A stretch of DNA of 64,000 nucleotides from positions 80,500-144,499 of the forward strand of contig CAWIIE010000007.1 in the NCBI GenBank assembly GCA_963836025.1, given 5' to 3'. This stretch comes from an uncultured Actinomycetota bacterium (GTDB lineage: Bacteria > Actinomycetota > Actinomycetes > JBEVHX01). The notes beneath the pieces were generated by a model. That model had not been told where the DNA came from, ran no database searches, and saw only the letters and a program-made list of their open reading frames with translations. Every line of letters begins with the position of its first letter. Positions within the stretch are counted from its first letter, which is position 1. The translations under genes and the position numbers were made by a program. Below are positions 20,969-30,445 of this stretch, one piece after another.

Positions 20969-21418
20969 TTACTGCGCGACCTGGGAGATCTCGAAGGGCA
21001 CCGGCTGCTGCGCCTGGTGCGGGTGGTCAGGGCCGCTGTAGACCTTGAGCTTGGTGAGCATCTGACGGCCGAGGCTGGTGTGCGGCAGCATCCCCTTGAC
21101 GGCCTTCTCGACCGCCTTGCGGCTGTCCTTCTCGAGCAGCTCGGCGTAGGTAACGGCGCGCAGGCCGCCCGGGTAGCCGGAGTGCCGGTAGGCCAGCTTC
21201 TGCTCCCGCTTCGCGCCGGTCAGCGCAATCTTGTCGGAGTTCACGATGATGACGAAGTCGCCGGTGTCCAGGTGCGGCGCATACATCGCCTTGTGCTTGC
21301 CGCGCAGCAGCGTGGCGGCATGCGTGGCCAGCCGGCCGAGGACGACGTCGGTGGCGTCGATGACGTGCCACTGGCGCTGGACCTCGCCGGGCTTGGGGCT
21401 GTACGTGCGCACGGTCAT
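20969..21418 (-). CDS. rplM: 50S ribosomal protein L13
   Basis: [60 protein letters not shown]..., 149 aa from the ATG at 21418. Confidence 0.97.
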   Translation of the reverse strand: MTVRTYSPKPGEVQRQWHVIDATDVVLGRLATHAATLLRGKHKAMYAPHLDTGDFVIIVNSDKIALTGAKREQKLAYRHSGYPGGLRAVTYAELLEKDSRKAVEKAVKGMLPHTSLGRQMLTKLKVYSGPDHPHQAQQPVPFEISQVAQ

Positions 21419-21531
21419 GCCTTCGTTTCGTCGAGCAGGGGATTCCAACAGGGACGCAGGCGCGCAAGACGCACGCAACGACCCGTCAGGGTACCTGTGG
21501 CCGCGCAACGGGGTCAAAACCACCGCCTCAT

Positions 21532-21605
21532 CCCCGCGATCTTGAGCTCCTTCGGGCAACACGCCAGCGGCGTGACACCTGATAGCGCAGTCAAGATCGG
21601 GCCGG
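21532..21605. repeat. Family-B hairpin-type element B4
   Basis: The left end TCCCCGCGATCTTGAGCTCCTTCGGGCAACACGCC is nearly identical to the left ends at 47368 and 63081. The inverted partner TCAAGATCG lies at 21591-21599. It sits between the ABC-F stop and the rplM start. Confidence 0.8.
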
Positions 21606-21619
21606 TTGGGAATGCCGGG

Positions 21620-23260
21620 TCAGCGGGCTCGGGCGACCCGGGCCTCGTCCCAGACCGGCTCCGCGGACTCATACACCGCGCCATCCCCGCCGAACACCAG
21701 GAAACGGTCGAACGCTCGTGCGAACCAGCGGTCGTGGGTGACCGCGATAACCGTCCCCTCGAAGGCTTCGAGCGCGTCCTCCAACGCCTCGGCCGAGTCG
21801 AGGTCGAGGTTGTCGGTCGGCTCGTCGAGCAGCAGCAGCGTCGTCCCGGACAGCTCCAGCCGCAGGATCTGGAAGCGCGCCTGCTGACCGCCGGACAACG
21901 TGTCGTAGTCCTGCTCCGACTGGAACTGCAGCTCGTAGCGGCGCAACGCCCCCATCGCCGCCCCGCGATCGAGCGCGTGCTCCTCCCACAGGATCTCCCG
22001 CAGGGAGCGGCCGGCCAGGTCTGCGTGGTCCTGGGTCTGCACGAAGTGGCCCGGCACCACCCGCGCGCCCAGTTTGGCGATCCCGGTATGCGCCACCGCG
22101 CCGTCGCCGGCCAGCAGCCGAAGGAAGTGCGACTTGCCCGACCCGTTGGAGCCCAGGACGCCGACGCGTTCGCCGAAGAACACCTCGACGTCGAACGGCC
22201 GCATCAGCCCGGTCAGCTCGAGCGATGTGCAGGTGACCGCGCGGACTCCGGTTCGGCCGCCGCGCAGCCGCATCCGCACGTCCTGCTCTCGAGGGGCCTC
22301 ATCGGGCGGCCCGGCCTCCTCGAACTTGCGCAACCGGGTCTGCGCCGCCTGGTAGCGCGAGGCCATGCCGTCGTTGTACATGGCCTTCTGCTTGAGGTTA
22401 CGGACCAGCTCACGCAGCTTCTCGTGCTCCTCGTCCCACCGACGCCGCAGCTCGTCGAGCCTGGCGTGCCGCTCGCGGCGGGCCTGGTGATAGGACGCGA
22501 AGCCGCTGCCGTGCACCCACGCCGAGCCGCCCTCCACCGTGACGATGCGGTCGGTCACGCGGGACAGCAGCTCTCGGTCGTGGGACACGAACAGCACCGT
22601 CTTCGCGGTCTCCAGCAGCCGATCCTCGAGCCAGCGCTTGCCGGGTACGTCGAGGAAGTTGTCCGGCTCGTCGAGCAACAGCACCTGCTCCGGTCCGCGC
22701 AGCAGCGCCTCCAGAGCCAGTCGCTTCTGCTCACCGCCCGACAGCGTTGCCAGGTCTCGCCACTGCGCCTTGTCGTAGGGCATCCCCAGTGCGGCCACCG
22801 TGCAGGTGTCCCACAGGACCTCCGCCTGGTACCCGCCGGCATCCGACCAGTCCGCAAGTGCCTGCGCATACGCCAACTGCGCGGCCTCGTCGTCGCGCTC
22901 CATGAGCGCGAGCTCGGCCGCGTCGACGTCCTTGGCCGCTCGCCCGGATGCCCGGCTGCGCCACCGACAGCAGCAGGTCGCGCACGCGTCGGCGCCGTCG
23001 AGCCGGTGGTCGGTATGCGCTCCGCTCGGCTGCGACGCCACGAACTGCCGCATCACACCGAGCCCCCCGCTGCGGGCGACCGACCCCTCGGTCGGTTCGA
23101 GGTCGCCGGCGATCAGCCGCAGCAGGGTGGTCTTGCCGGTCCCGTTGGCCCCGACGAGCGCGACGACGTTGCCGTCGCCGACCCGGAAGGAGACGTCGGA
23201 CAGCAGCGGACGTCCGTCCGGTAGGACGTAGCCGACCCCGTTGACGTCGACGTGACCCAC
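21620..23260 (-). CDS. ABC-F family ATPase (two nucleotide-binding domains, no transmembrane domain)
   Basis: 546 aa. GANGTGKTTLLRLIAG and LSGGEQKRLALE in NBD1, GSNGSGKSHFLRLLAG and LSGGQQARFQIL in NBD2, with a charged linker between them. A short internal stretch looks frame-shifted and then restored (see findings). Confidence 0.92.
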   Translation of the reverse strand: MGHVDVNGVGYVLPDGRPLLSDVSFRVGDGNVVALVGANGTGKTTLLRLIAGDLEPTEGSVARSGGLGVMRQFVASQPSGAHTDHRLDGADACATCCCRWRSRASGRAAKDVDAAELALMERDDEAAQLAYAQALADWSDAGGYQAEVLWDTCTVAALGMPYDKAQWRDLATLSGGEQKRLALEALLRGPEQVLLLDEPDNFLDVPGKRWLEDRLLETAKTVLFVSHDRELLSRVTDRIVTVEGGSAWVHGSGFASYHQARRERHARLDELRRRWDEEHEKLRELVRNLKQKAMYNDGMASRYQAAQTRLRKFEEAGPPDEAPREQDVRMRLRGGRTGVRAVTCTSLELTGLMRPFDVEVFFGERVGVLGSNGSGKSHFLRLLAGDGAVAHTGIAKLGARVVPGHFVQTQDHADLAGRSLREILWEEHALDRGAAMGALRRYELQFQSEQDYDTLSGGQQARFQILRLELSGTTLLLLDEPTDNLDLDSAEALEDALEAFEGTVIAVTHDRWFARAFDRFLVFGGDGAVYESAEPVWDEARVARAR

Positions 23261-23282
23261 GGGGCGTCAGTCTGCCCGCTCA

Positions 23283-23343
23283 GCGAATGTGGACGTTGGC
23301 GGGGTTGGGACGCGGTCCCAACCCCGCCAACGTCCACATTCGC
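23283..23343. repeat. Family-A palindromic element, copy A3 (perfect 29-3-29)
   Basis: GCGAATGTGGACGTTGGCGGGGTTGGGAC-GCG-GTCCCAACCCCGCCAACGTCCACATTCGC. It lies 8 nt after the arcC stop. Confidence 0.95.
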
Positions 23344-23351
23344 CGCTGAGG

Positions 23352-24298
23352 CTAGCGATAGGTGATGCCGCCGTCGTCGGTGACATCGGTGTTGATCCGG
23401 GTCCCGGCCTCGCCCTTGAGGATGGCCGGCAGGTCTGGCAGCGCCCCGATCACGGCCGATGCCCCGGGCGCCCCGCGGGCGAACTCGCAGGCCGCCTCGA
23501 CCTTCGGCCCCATCGAACCGGCCGCGAAGTTCATCGCGGACAGCGCATCAGGGTGTGCGGTCGCGATCGCCTTCTGCTCCGGCGTGCCCCATCCGACGAA
23601 GACTGCCGGGGCGTCCGTCGCGATGATCAGTGAGTCCGCATCGAGGTCCTTGGCCAGGACCGCGGACGACCGGTCCTTGTCGATGACGGCCTCGACGCCG
23701 ATCAGGTGCCGAGTCCCCGGCTCGTACATCGTCGGGATGCCGCCGCCGCCGGTGCAGACGACCACAGCGCCCTGGTCGAGCATCCACTTGATCGGGCGGA
23801 TCTCGAAGATGCGTTGCGGCAACGGAGACGGCAACCACGCGCCGCCAGTAGTCCCCGTCTTGCCTGACGACCCAGTCCTTCTCCTTGGCAAGTCGCTCGG
23901 CCGTCTCTTGGTCGTAGACCGGGCCGACGAACTTCGTCGGGTCCTTGAACGCCGGGTCGTCGGCGCTGACCTCGGTCATCGTGAGGATCGTCGCCAGCGG
24001 CTTCTCGAAGGGCAGCAGGTTGCCCAGCTCCTGTTCGATGAAGTAGCCGATCATCCCCTCGGTCTGCGCGCCCGAGGACGTCGAAGGGATAGGACTCCTC
24101 CTCCCCGTACGACGCGGCCTGCAGTGCGAGCAGGCCCACCTGGGGACCGTTGCCGTGACTCACGACCAACTCGTGCTCCAGAGCCACCGGGGCCAAGGCC
24201 TCGCAGGCGACCTTCACGTTCGCCCGCTGGTTCTCGACCGTCATCTTCTCGCCGCGCTTCTGCAGCGCGTTGCCGCCAAGGGCCACCACGACTCGCAT
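23352..24298 (-). CDS. arcC: Carbamate kinase, interrupted as assembled by two 1-nt insertions
   Basis: Segments [55 protein letters not shown]...YPFDVLG | [21 protein letters not shown]...DGDYWRRVV | [33 protein letters not shown]...ITYR lie in three frames. The shifts are near 24071-24073 and 23831-23836. Confidence 0.85.
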
Positions 24299-24349
24299 AC
24301 CGTCACCCTGCCAGCCCCGGCCGGACCGCGCAGCATGTTCGCCGGAGGT

Positions 24350-25219
24350 TCACGAACGGTGCGGCACCCGCCTCCGGCGGGTCTCGACCGCCCTGGCTTC
24401 AAGATCATCGTCGGGCGGGAACACGACCTCTTCCAGGGTCAGGCCGTGCGGTTGCGCCACGTTCACTGCGGAGTCCCGGATGCCGCCGGCCAGCACCTCG
24501 GCCGGCCAGGTCGACTGGCTTGCGCCCCTCTCCGACGGCGATCAGGCAGCCGACCAGCGAACGGACCATCGAGTGACAGAAGGCATCCGCTCGGACCTCC
24601 GCCACGATCGTGCCGTCGGGGTCACGGCGCCAGGACAGCTCCAGGAGCCTGCGCACGGTCGTCGCACCCTCCCGCCGCCGGCAGAACGCGGCAAAGTCGT
24701 GCTCGCCGACCAGCGGCTGCGACGCCGAGCTGCATCGCAGCGACGTCGAGTGGCCGCGGGTAGTGCAGGACTTCGTGTCGCCGCAGCGGGTCCGGGCCGC
24801 CCTCGGCGTCACAGATGCGGTAGGCATACCGCCGTTCGACCGGGGAGAACCGGGCGTCGAACCCGGCCGGCGCCTGCCTGATCGCGTGCACGCGCACGTC
24901 CCGTGGCAATGCCCCGGCCAGCCGGCGCAGCAGCGGGTCACGCCAGCGCTGCCAGGTCGACGGGGTCGAGATCGGTATGCGCGACCTGGCCGCGGGCGTG
25001 CACGCCGGCATCGGTCCGGCCGGCGACGGTCAGCGAAGGCGGATCGGCCAGGTGCAGGACCGTGCCGAGCGCGGCCTCCAGCGTGCCCTGGACGGTGCGC
25101 CGACCGGGCTGGGCGGCCCACCCGGAGAAGTCGGTGCCGTCGTAGGACAGGTCGAGCCGCAGGCGAACGACCGCGAGCCCGCCGCTCCCATTCTCGGGGG
25201 CGACGGGCTCGTCGGTCAT
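24350..25219 (-). CDS. truA: tRNA pseudouridine(38-40) synthase, interrupted as assembled by three 1-nt insertions
   Basis: [51 protein letters not shown]...[16 protein letters not shown] | ...[32 protein letters not shown]... | ...[23 protein letters not shown]...[21 protein letters not shown] | PVDWPAEVL.... The shifts are near 24955, 24710-24722 and 24509. Confidence 0.85.
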
Positions 25220-25233
25220 GGATGACTCCGGGT

Positions 25234-25943
25234 TCAGGACTTCTTGTCGTCCTTGGCAGCCTCGGCCGCGTCCTCGTCGACCGCGTCAGAAGCTGCCTCC
25301 TCGGCGATCTCGGCAAACGCCTCGGCACTGCCGGCGTCCTCCTGGGCCTGCTCGTCCTCCGGCGCCGTATCGGCCGCCTCCGCGGCTTCCTCGGCAGCGG
25401 ACTCGGCGTCGGCAGCAGCCTCGACGGCACCTTCGGCGTCGCCCTCGGCGGCAGCGTCCGCAGCCTCCTCGGCCTTCGCTTCCGCGACGGCAGCCGCAGC
25501 CGCGGCCTGCTCGGCAGGAGCCGCCTGCTTCGGCTGCGCGCTTGGTGGCACCCTCGGCCTCGCCGACCGCCGACTGCTGCACGGTCAGCGCCTCGACGAG
25601 CTCGATCACGGCCATCGGCGCGTTGTCGCCCTTGCGCGGGCCGACCTTCGTGATCCGGGTGTAGCCGCCTGGGCGGTTCGCATACCGCGGACCGATCTCC
25701 TCGAACAGCACGTGCACGACGGACTTGTCGCGCACGACCGTGAGGAGCCCGGCGCCTGGCGGCCAGGTCGCCACGCTTGGCGAAGGTGACCAGGCGCTCG
25801 GCCAGCGGACGCAGCCGCTTGGCCTTGGCCTCAGTGGTCGTGATCGAGCCGTGCTCGAACAGCGCGGTGGCGAGGTTCGCGAGCATCAGGCGCTCGTGGG
25901 CCGGTCCACCGCCGAGACGGGGGCCCTTGGTGGGCGTGGGCAT
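25234..25943 (-). CDS. rplQ: 50S ribosomal protein L17 with a long Ala/Glu-rich C-terminal tail, interrupted as assembled by two 1-nt insertions
   Basis: [65 protein letters not shown] | [54 protein letters not shown]... | ...[24 protein letters not shown]...DDKKS. The shifts are near 25748-25750 and 25535-25560. Confidence 0.9.
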
Positions 25944-26010
25944 CTGTCAGTTCTCCTCGTATGAGCCGGTCGCGATGAGCACAGCGCTGTGGCCGATGGG
26001 CCGTAGGCGC

Positions 26011-27024
26011 CTAGAGCTGCTCGTCCTCGGCGAATCCCGCGTCGTCGTCGTAGCTGTAGTCAACGGCCAGGCCGGGGTCGAACCCGGGCGGGCTGTCCTT
26101 GAGCGCCAGGCTCATGGTCTGGAGCTTCGCCTTGACCTCATCGATCGACTTCGCACCGAAGTTGCGGATGTCGAGCAGATCGGCCTCGCTGCGAGCAACC
26201 AGCTCACCGACGGTGTGGATGCCCTCGCGCTTGAGGCAGTTGTAGGAGCGGACCGTGAGGTCGAGCTCCTCGATCGGCAGCGCCAGGTCGGCCGCGAGCG
26301 CGGCGTCGGTCGGCGACGGGCCGATGTCGATGCCCTCCGCGTCGATGTTGAGCTCACGGGCCAGGCCGAACAGCTCGACCAGCGTCTTGCCGGCGGATGC
26401 CATCGCGTCCCGAGGCGCCATCGACGGCTTGGTCTCGACATCGACGACCAGGCGGTCGAAGTCGGTGCGCTGCTCGACTCGGGTGGCCTCGACCTTGTAG
26501 GTCACCTTGAGCACGGGCGAGTAGATCGAGTCGACCGGGATCCGGCCGATCTCGGCGCCGGCCTGCTTGTTCTGGACGGCCGAGACGTAGCCGCGACCAC
26601 GCTCAACGGTCAGCTCGATCTCGAGCTTGCCCTTGCCGTTCAGCTCGGCGATGTGCAGCTCGGGGTTGTGCACCTCGACACCGGCCGGCGGTGCGATGTC
26701 GGCCGCGGTGACCGCGCCCGGGCCCTGCTTGCGCAGGTACATCACGACCGGCTCGTCGTGCTCGGAGGAGACGACAAGCCCCTTGATGTTCAGGATGATG
26801 TCGGTGACGTCTTCCTTGACGCCCTCGACGACGGAGAACTCGTGCAGCACGCTGTCGATGCGGATCGAGGTGACCGCGGCACCGGGGATGGACGAGAGCA
26901 GGGTGCGGCGCATCGAGTTGCCGAGGGTGTAGCCGAAGCCCGGCTCGAGCGGCTCGATGACGAAACGCGAACGGTGGTCGCCGACGACGTCCTCGGAAAG
27001 TGTGGGGCGCTGTGCGATGAGCAA
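26011..27024 (-). CDS. rpoA: DNA-directed RNA polymerase subunit alpha
   Basis: [63 protein letters not shown]..., 337 aa. Confidence 0.98.
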   Translation of the reverse strand: MLIAQRPTLSEDVVGDHRSRFVIEPLEPGFGYTLGNSMRRTLLSSIPGAAVTSIRIDSVLHEFSVVEGVKEDVTDIILNIKGLVVSSEHDEPVVMYLRKQGPGAVTAADIAPPAGVEVHNPELHIAELNGKGKLEIELTVERGRGYVSAVQNKQAGAEIGRIPVDSIYSPVLKVTYKVEATRVEQRTDFDRLVVDVETKPSMAPRDAMASAGKTLVELFGLARELNIDAEGIDIGPSPTDAALAADLALPIEELDLTVRSYNCLKREGIHTVGELVARSEADLLDIRNFGAKSIDEVKAKLQTMSLALKDSPPGFDPGLAVDYSYDDDAGFAEDEQL

Positions 27025-27120
27025 GGTGGTTCCTCCAGGTTCAGGGCGTCCGCCATATGACGCCTGAGGGTGGTGCGCCCGGCGAGGGCATTTGGTCCCC
27101 GCCGAGGTCGTGCGTTGGTC

Positions 27121-27747
27121 TTACTTCGAGTAGAGCTCGACGATGAGCTGCTCGTTGACCTGGGTGTCGATGACGGCGCGAGCCGGCAGCGAGTGGACGA
27201 GGATGCGCATGCGGTTCGGGGCGACCTCGAGCCAGGCGGGGATGCCGCGCTCGCCGGCCTCGGCCCGCGCGATCACGAACGGGGTCAGCTCGAAGGAACT
27301 CGGCCGGACCTCGACGATGTCGTTCTCGGACACGCGGTAGGACGGAATGTCGACCTTGACGCCGTTCACCAGGAAGTGGCCGTGCCGAACCAACTGGCGG
27401 GCCATGTCCCGCGACTTGGCGAAGCCGGACCGGTAGACGACGTTGTCGAGGCGGGTCTCGAGGATGCGCAGCAGGTTCTCGCCGGTCTTGCCCTGCTTGC
27501 GGTTCGCCTCGTCGTAGTAACCACGGAACTGCTTCTCGAGCACGCCATAGATGCGCGCGCACTTCTGCTTCTCGCGCATCTGAAGCAGGTACTCGGAGTC
27601 CTTGCTCCGGCCGCGGCCGTGCTCACCCGGCGGGTAGGGGCGGATCTCGATCGGGCACTTCGGCGAGTCGCACTTGGCGCCCTTGAGGTACAGCTTGGTC
27701 TTCTCGCGACGGCAGCGCTTGCAGTCTGGTCCGGTGTAACGAGCCAC
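27121..27747 (-). CDS. rpsD: 30S ribosomal protein S4
   Basis: MARYTGPDCKRCRREKTKLYLKGAKCDSPKCPIEIRPYPPGEHGRGR..., 208 aa. Confidence 0.98.
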   Translation of the reverse strand: MARYTGPDCKRCRREKTKLYLKGAKCDSPKCPIEIRPYPPGEHGRGRSKDSEYLLQMREKQKCARIYGVLEKQFRGYYDEANRKQGKTGENLLRILETRLDNVVYRSGFAKSRDMARQLVRHGHFLVNGVKVDIPSYRVSENDIVEVRPSSFELTPFVIARAEAGERGIPAWLEVAPNRMRILVHSLPARAVIDTQVNEQLIVELYSK

Positions 27748-27766
27748 GGTTCTCTCTCTCCTGGGA

Positions 27767-28171
27767 TCAGACTCGGCGCCGCTTGGGCGGGCGGCATCCG
27801 TTGTGCGGCTGGGGGGTGACGTCCTGGATCGAGCCCACCTCGAGCCCGGTCGCCTGGAGCGAGCGGATGGCGGTCTCCCGGCCCGAGCCCGGGCCCTTGA
27901 CGAAGACGTCGACCTTCTTCATGCCGTGCTCCTGCGCCCGGCGGGCGGCGGCCTCGGCAACCATCTGCGCGGCGTACGGCGTCGACTTACGCGAGCCCTT
28001 GAAGCCCACGTGGCCGGCGGACGCCCACGCGATGACGTTGCCCATCGGGTCGGTGATCGACACGATCGTGTTGTTGAACGTGCTCTTGATGTGCGCGTGG
28101 CCGGCGGCCACGTTCTTCTTCTCCTTGCGGCGCACCTTCTTGGCGCCCGCCTGGCGGCTCTTCGGAGGCAT
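27767..28171 (-). CDS. rpsK: 30S ribosomal protein S11
   Basis: ...[45 protein letters not shown]..., 134 aa. Confidence 0.98.
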   Translation of the reverse strand: MPPKSRQAGAKKVRRKEKKNVAAGHAHIKSTFNNTIVSITDPMGNVIAWASAGHVGFKGSRKSTPYAAQMVAEAAARRAQEHGMKKVDVFVKGPGSGRETAIRSLQATGLEVGSIQDVTPQPHNGCRPPKRRRV

Positions 28172-28253
28172 ACAGCCAATCTCCTATGTCAAAGCTCGGT
28201 GTCGTCGGACAGCGCCCACGGTGGGGGGCACTCGGGGGGAACCCCCCGAGGGT

Positions 28254-28634
28254 TTATTTCTTGCCGACCTTCTTCTTGCCGGCGATGGCGCGACGCGGGC
28301 CCTTGCGGGTGCGCGCGTTCGTGTGGGTGCGCTGGCCGTGGACCGGCAGCCCGCGGCGGTGACGCAGGCCCTGGTAGCAGCCGATCTCAACCTTGCGACG
28401 GATGTCGGAGGCGACTTCGCGGCGCAGGTCACCCTCGACCTGGTAGTTCGCCTCGATCCAGTCGCGCAGCTTGACCAGGTCGTCGTCGCCGAGGTCCTTG
28501 GCCCGCAGGTCCGGGCTGATGCCGGTCTGCTGCAAGGTCTCCTGGGCGCGCGTGCGACCGATGCCATAGATGTAGGTGAGCGCCACCTCGAGCCGCTTCT
28601 CGCGGGGGAGGTCGACGCCGACAAGTCGTGCCAT
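28254..28634 (-). CDS. rpsM: 30S ribosomal protein S13
   Basis: [48 protein letters not shown]..., 126 aa from the ATG at 28634. Confidence 0.98.
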   Translation of the reverse strand: MARLVGVDLPREKRLEVALTYIYGIGRTRAQETLQQTGISPDLRAKDLGDDDLVKLRDWIEANYQVEGDLRREVASDIRRKVEIGCYQGLRHRRGLPVHGQRTHTNARTRKGPRRAIAGKKKVGKK

Positions 28635-28795
28635 GTGGGCGGTCTCTTCCTTCTCGTGCGTCCGGAGGTTTCGGTGACAGCGCCGCTCCCGTCCGCCCGG
28701 ACGGGTCCCTGGCCTCCGGGCCAGGGGTGGCGTCTCGGCGTGAGCCGAGGGTCGGTGCGCTGCCGTTGTGGAGTTGTGCCGTGCCGGTCCGAAGG

Positions 28796-28909
28796 TCAGC
28801 CCTGACGCTGCTTGTGGCGGACGTTCTCGCAGATCACCATGACCCGCCCGTGACGGCGGATCACCTTGCACTTGTCACAGATCTTCTTGACGCTCGGCTG
28901 GACCTTCAT
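28796..28909 (-). CDS. rpmJ: 50S ribosomal protein L36
   Basis: Not in the ORF track because it is under 60 aa. My translation reads [37 protein letters not shown], 37 aa. Confidence 0.95.
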   Translation of the reverse strand: MKVQPSVKKICDKCKVIRRHGRVMVICENVRHKQRQG

Positions 28910-28987
28910 GGTGCTCTCCCGGGTGTGTGCTGCTCTGCGCTCGGTTGGCGCGTGCAGCGCCCCCGCATGGGATCGGTCGGTGGTGGC

Positions 28988-29209
28988 TTACTTGTAGCGG
29001 TAGACGATGCGCCCGCGGGTCAGGTCGTACGGCGACAGCTCCACCACGACCCGGTCCTCGGGGAGGATCCGGATGTAGTGCTGGCGCATCTTGCCGCTGA
29101 TGTGAGCGAGGACCTTGTGCCCGTTCGCGAGCTCGACCCTGAACATGGCGTTCGGAAGCGACTCGACGATCGTGCCTTCGATCTCGATCGCGCCGTCCTT
29201 CTTCGCCAT
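28988..29209 (-). CDS. infA: Translation initiation factor IF-1
   Basis: [73 protein letters not shown], 73 aa. Confidence 0.98.
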   Translation of the reverse strand: MAKKDGAIEIEGTIVESLPNAMFRVELANGHKVLAHISGKMRQHYIRILPEDRVVVELSPYDLTRGRIVYRYK

Positions 29210-29431
29210 GTCCTCCGCTTTTCTCAGCGCCGGTGTCGACGCAACTGTTGACCTGGTCGTACTTCCCTGACCGGCTCCGCTGTCCGGGCCTCTCATGCCG
29301 ATGGCCAGCCGCCGGGCATGAAAGAACCGGCCCGTCTGGTCCGAGAGGGTCGAACCGACACCGAGCCGAAGGTCAAGGGTACGCCGGGACCCGCGGATCA
29401 GGCAAAACGCCCCATCCCACCCCCACCAACC

Positions 29432-29508
29432 TCCCGTGATCTTGCACAAAATCCGCTCGCGACATGGCGCGGCCCTACCCGACCGGGATTTTGTGCAAGA
29501 TCACGGGA
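29432..29508. repeat. Family-B related hairpin element B5 (23-bp perfect inverted repeat)
   Basis: TCCCGTGATCTTGCACAAAATCC (29432-29454) and GGATTTTGTGCAAGATCACGGGA (29486-29508), with a 31-nt loop. It lies 10 nt after the map stop and 223 nt upstream of infA. Confidence 0.9.
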
Positions 29509-29517
29509 AGGGGCGGG

Positions 29518-30351
29518 TCAGCGCCACGGAGCCGGGCCATCCGGGCCAGGGTGCGGGACGCCGAGAGCCGCGAGCCGGGCGGCCCCGCCGTCGACCGCGG
29601 TGAGCACCCACGGCCCCTCGGGCGTGACGGCAACCGTGTGTTCGAAGTGGGCGGCCACGGTCCCGTCCGCGGTGCGGACAGTCCAGCCGTCGTCGAGCAG
29701 CTTGGTCGCCGGGTCGCCCAGCGTGAGCATCGGCTCGATGGCCAGCACCACCCCTGGCTCAAGCCGGATGCCCTTCTCGCGGGTCCGGTAGTTCGGGACA
29801 TCGGGGTCCTGGTGCATCTCGGTGCCGATGCCGTGTCCGGTGTACTCCTCGACGATCCCGTATGCGCCGTGCGCGGCCGCGTGGTCCTCGACCGCAGCCC
29901 CGATGTCGCGCAGCCATCCGCCGGGCCGCATGGCCGTGATCCCGGCCCACAGCGCGCCGTCGGTGTCGCGGACGAGCTGTGCGTGCTGGGGAGGAACCGG
30001 GCCGACCGTCACCGTGACCGCGGCGTCGCCGTGCCAACCGTCGACGATCGCACCGCAGTCGATGGACAAGACGTCGCCGTCGCGTAGCGCACGCGGCCCG
30101 GGGATGCCGTGCACGATCTCGTCGTTGACAGACGTGCAGATCGAGCCCTGGTATCCGTAGTAGCCGAGGAACGACGGGGTGGCACCGGCGTCTCGGATCG
30201 AGGCCTCGGCAAGCCGATCAAGCTCGCCGGTCGTGACCCCAGCCGCCGCGGCCGCGACGAGCCGCTCGAGTGTGTGCGCGACCACCAGCCCGGCCGCGCG
30301 CATCCGCCGGACCTGGTCGTCCGTCTTGACGTGCACGCCCCGGCGGCTCAT
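29518..30351 (-). CDS. map: Type I methionyl aminopeptidase
   Basis: MSRRGVHVKTDDQVRRMRAAGLVVAHTLE...NDEIVHGIPG...LSIDCGAIVDGWHGDAA...EEYTGHGIGTEMHQDP...LAIEPML...AHFEHTVAVT, 277 aa from the ATG at 30351. Confidence 0.96.
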   Translation of the reverse strand: MSRRGVHVKTDDQVRRMRAAGLVVAHTLERLVAAAAAGVTTGELDRLAEASIRDAGATPSFLGYYGYQGSICTSVNDEIVHGIPGPRALRDGDVLSIDCGAIVDGWHGDAAVTVTVGPVPPQHAQLVRDTDGALWAGITAMRPGGWLRDIGAAVEDHAAAHGAYGIVEEYTGHGIGTEMHQDPDVPNYRTREKGIRLEPGVVLAIEPMLTLGDPATKLLDDGWTVRTADGTVAAHFEHTVAVTPEGPWVLTAVDGGAARLAALGVPHPGPDGPAPWR

Positions 30352-30369
30352 CGCCGAGGTCCAAGATCC

Positions 30370-30428
30370 CGAATGTGGACGTTCGCGGGGTTGGGACCGC
30401 GTCCCAACCCCGCCAACGTCCACATTCG
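30370..30428. repeat. Family-A palindromic element, copy A4
   Basis: CGAATGTGGACGTTCGCGGGGTTGGGAC-CGC-GTCCCAACCCCGCCAACGTCCACATTCG, with one arm mismatch. It lies 17 nt after the adk stop and upstream of map. Confidence 0.93.
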
Positions 30429-30445
30429 CGGCCTCGGAGTTGCGC

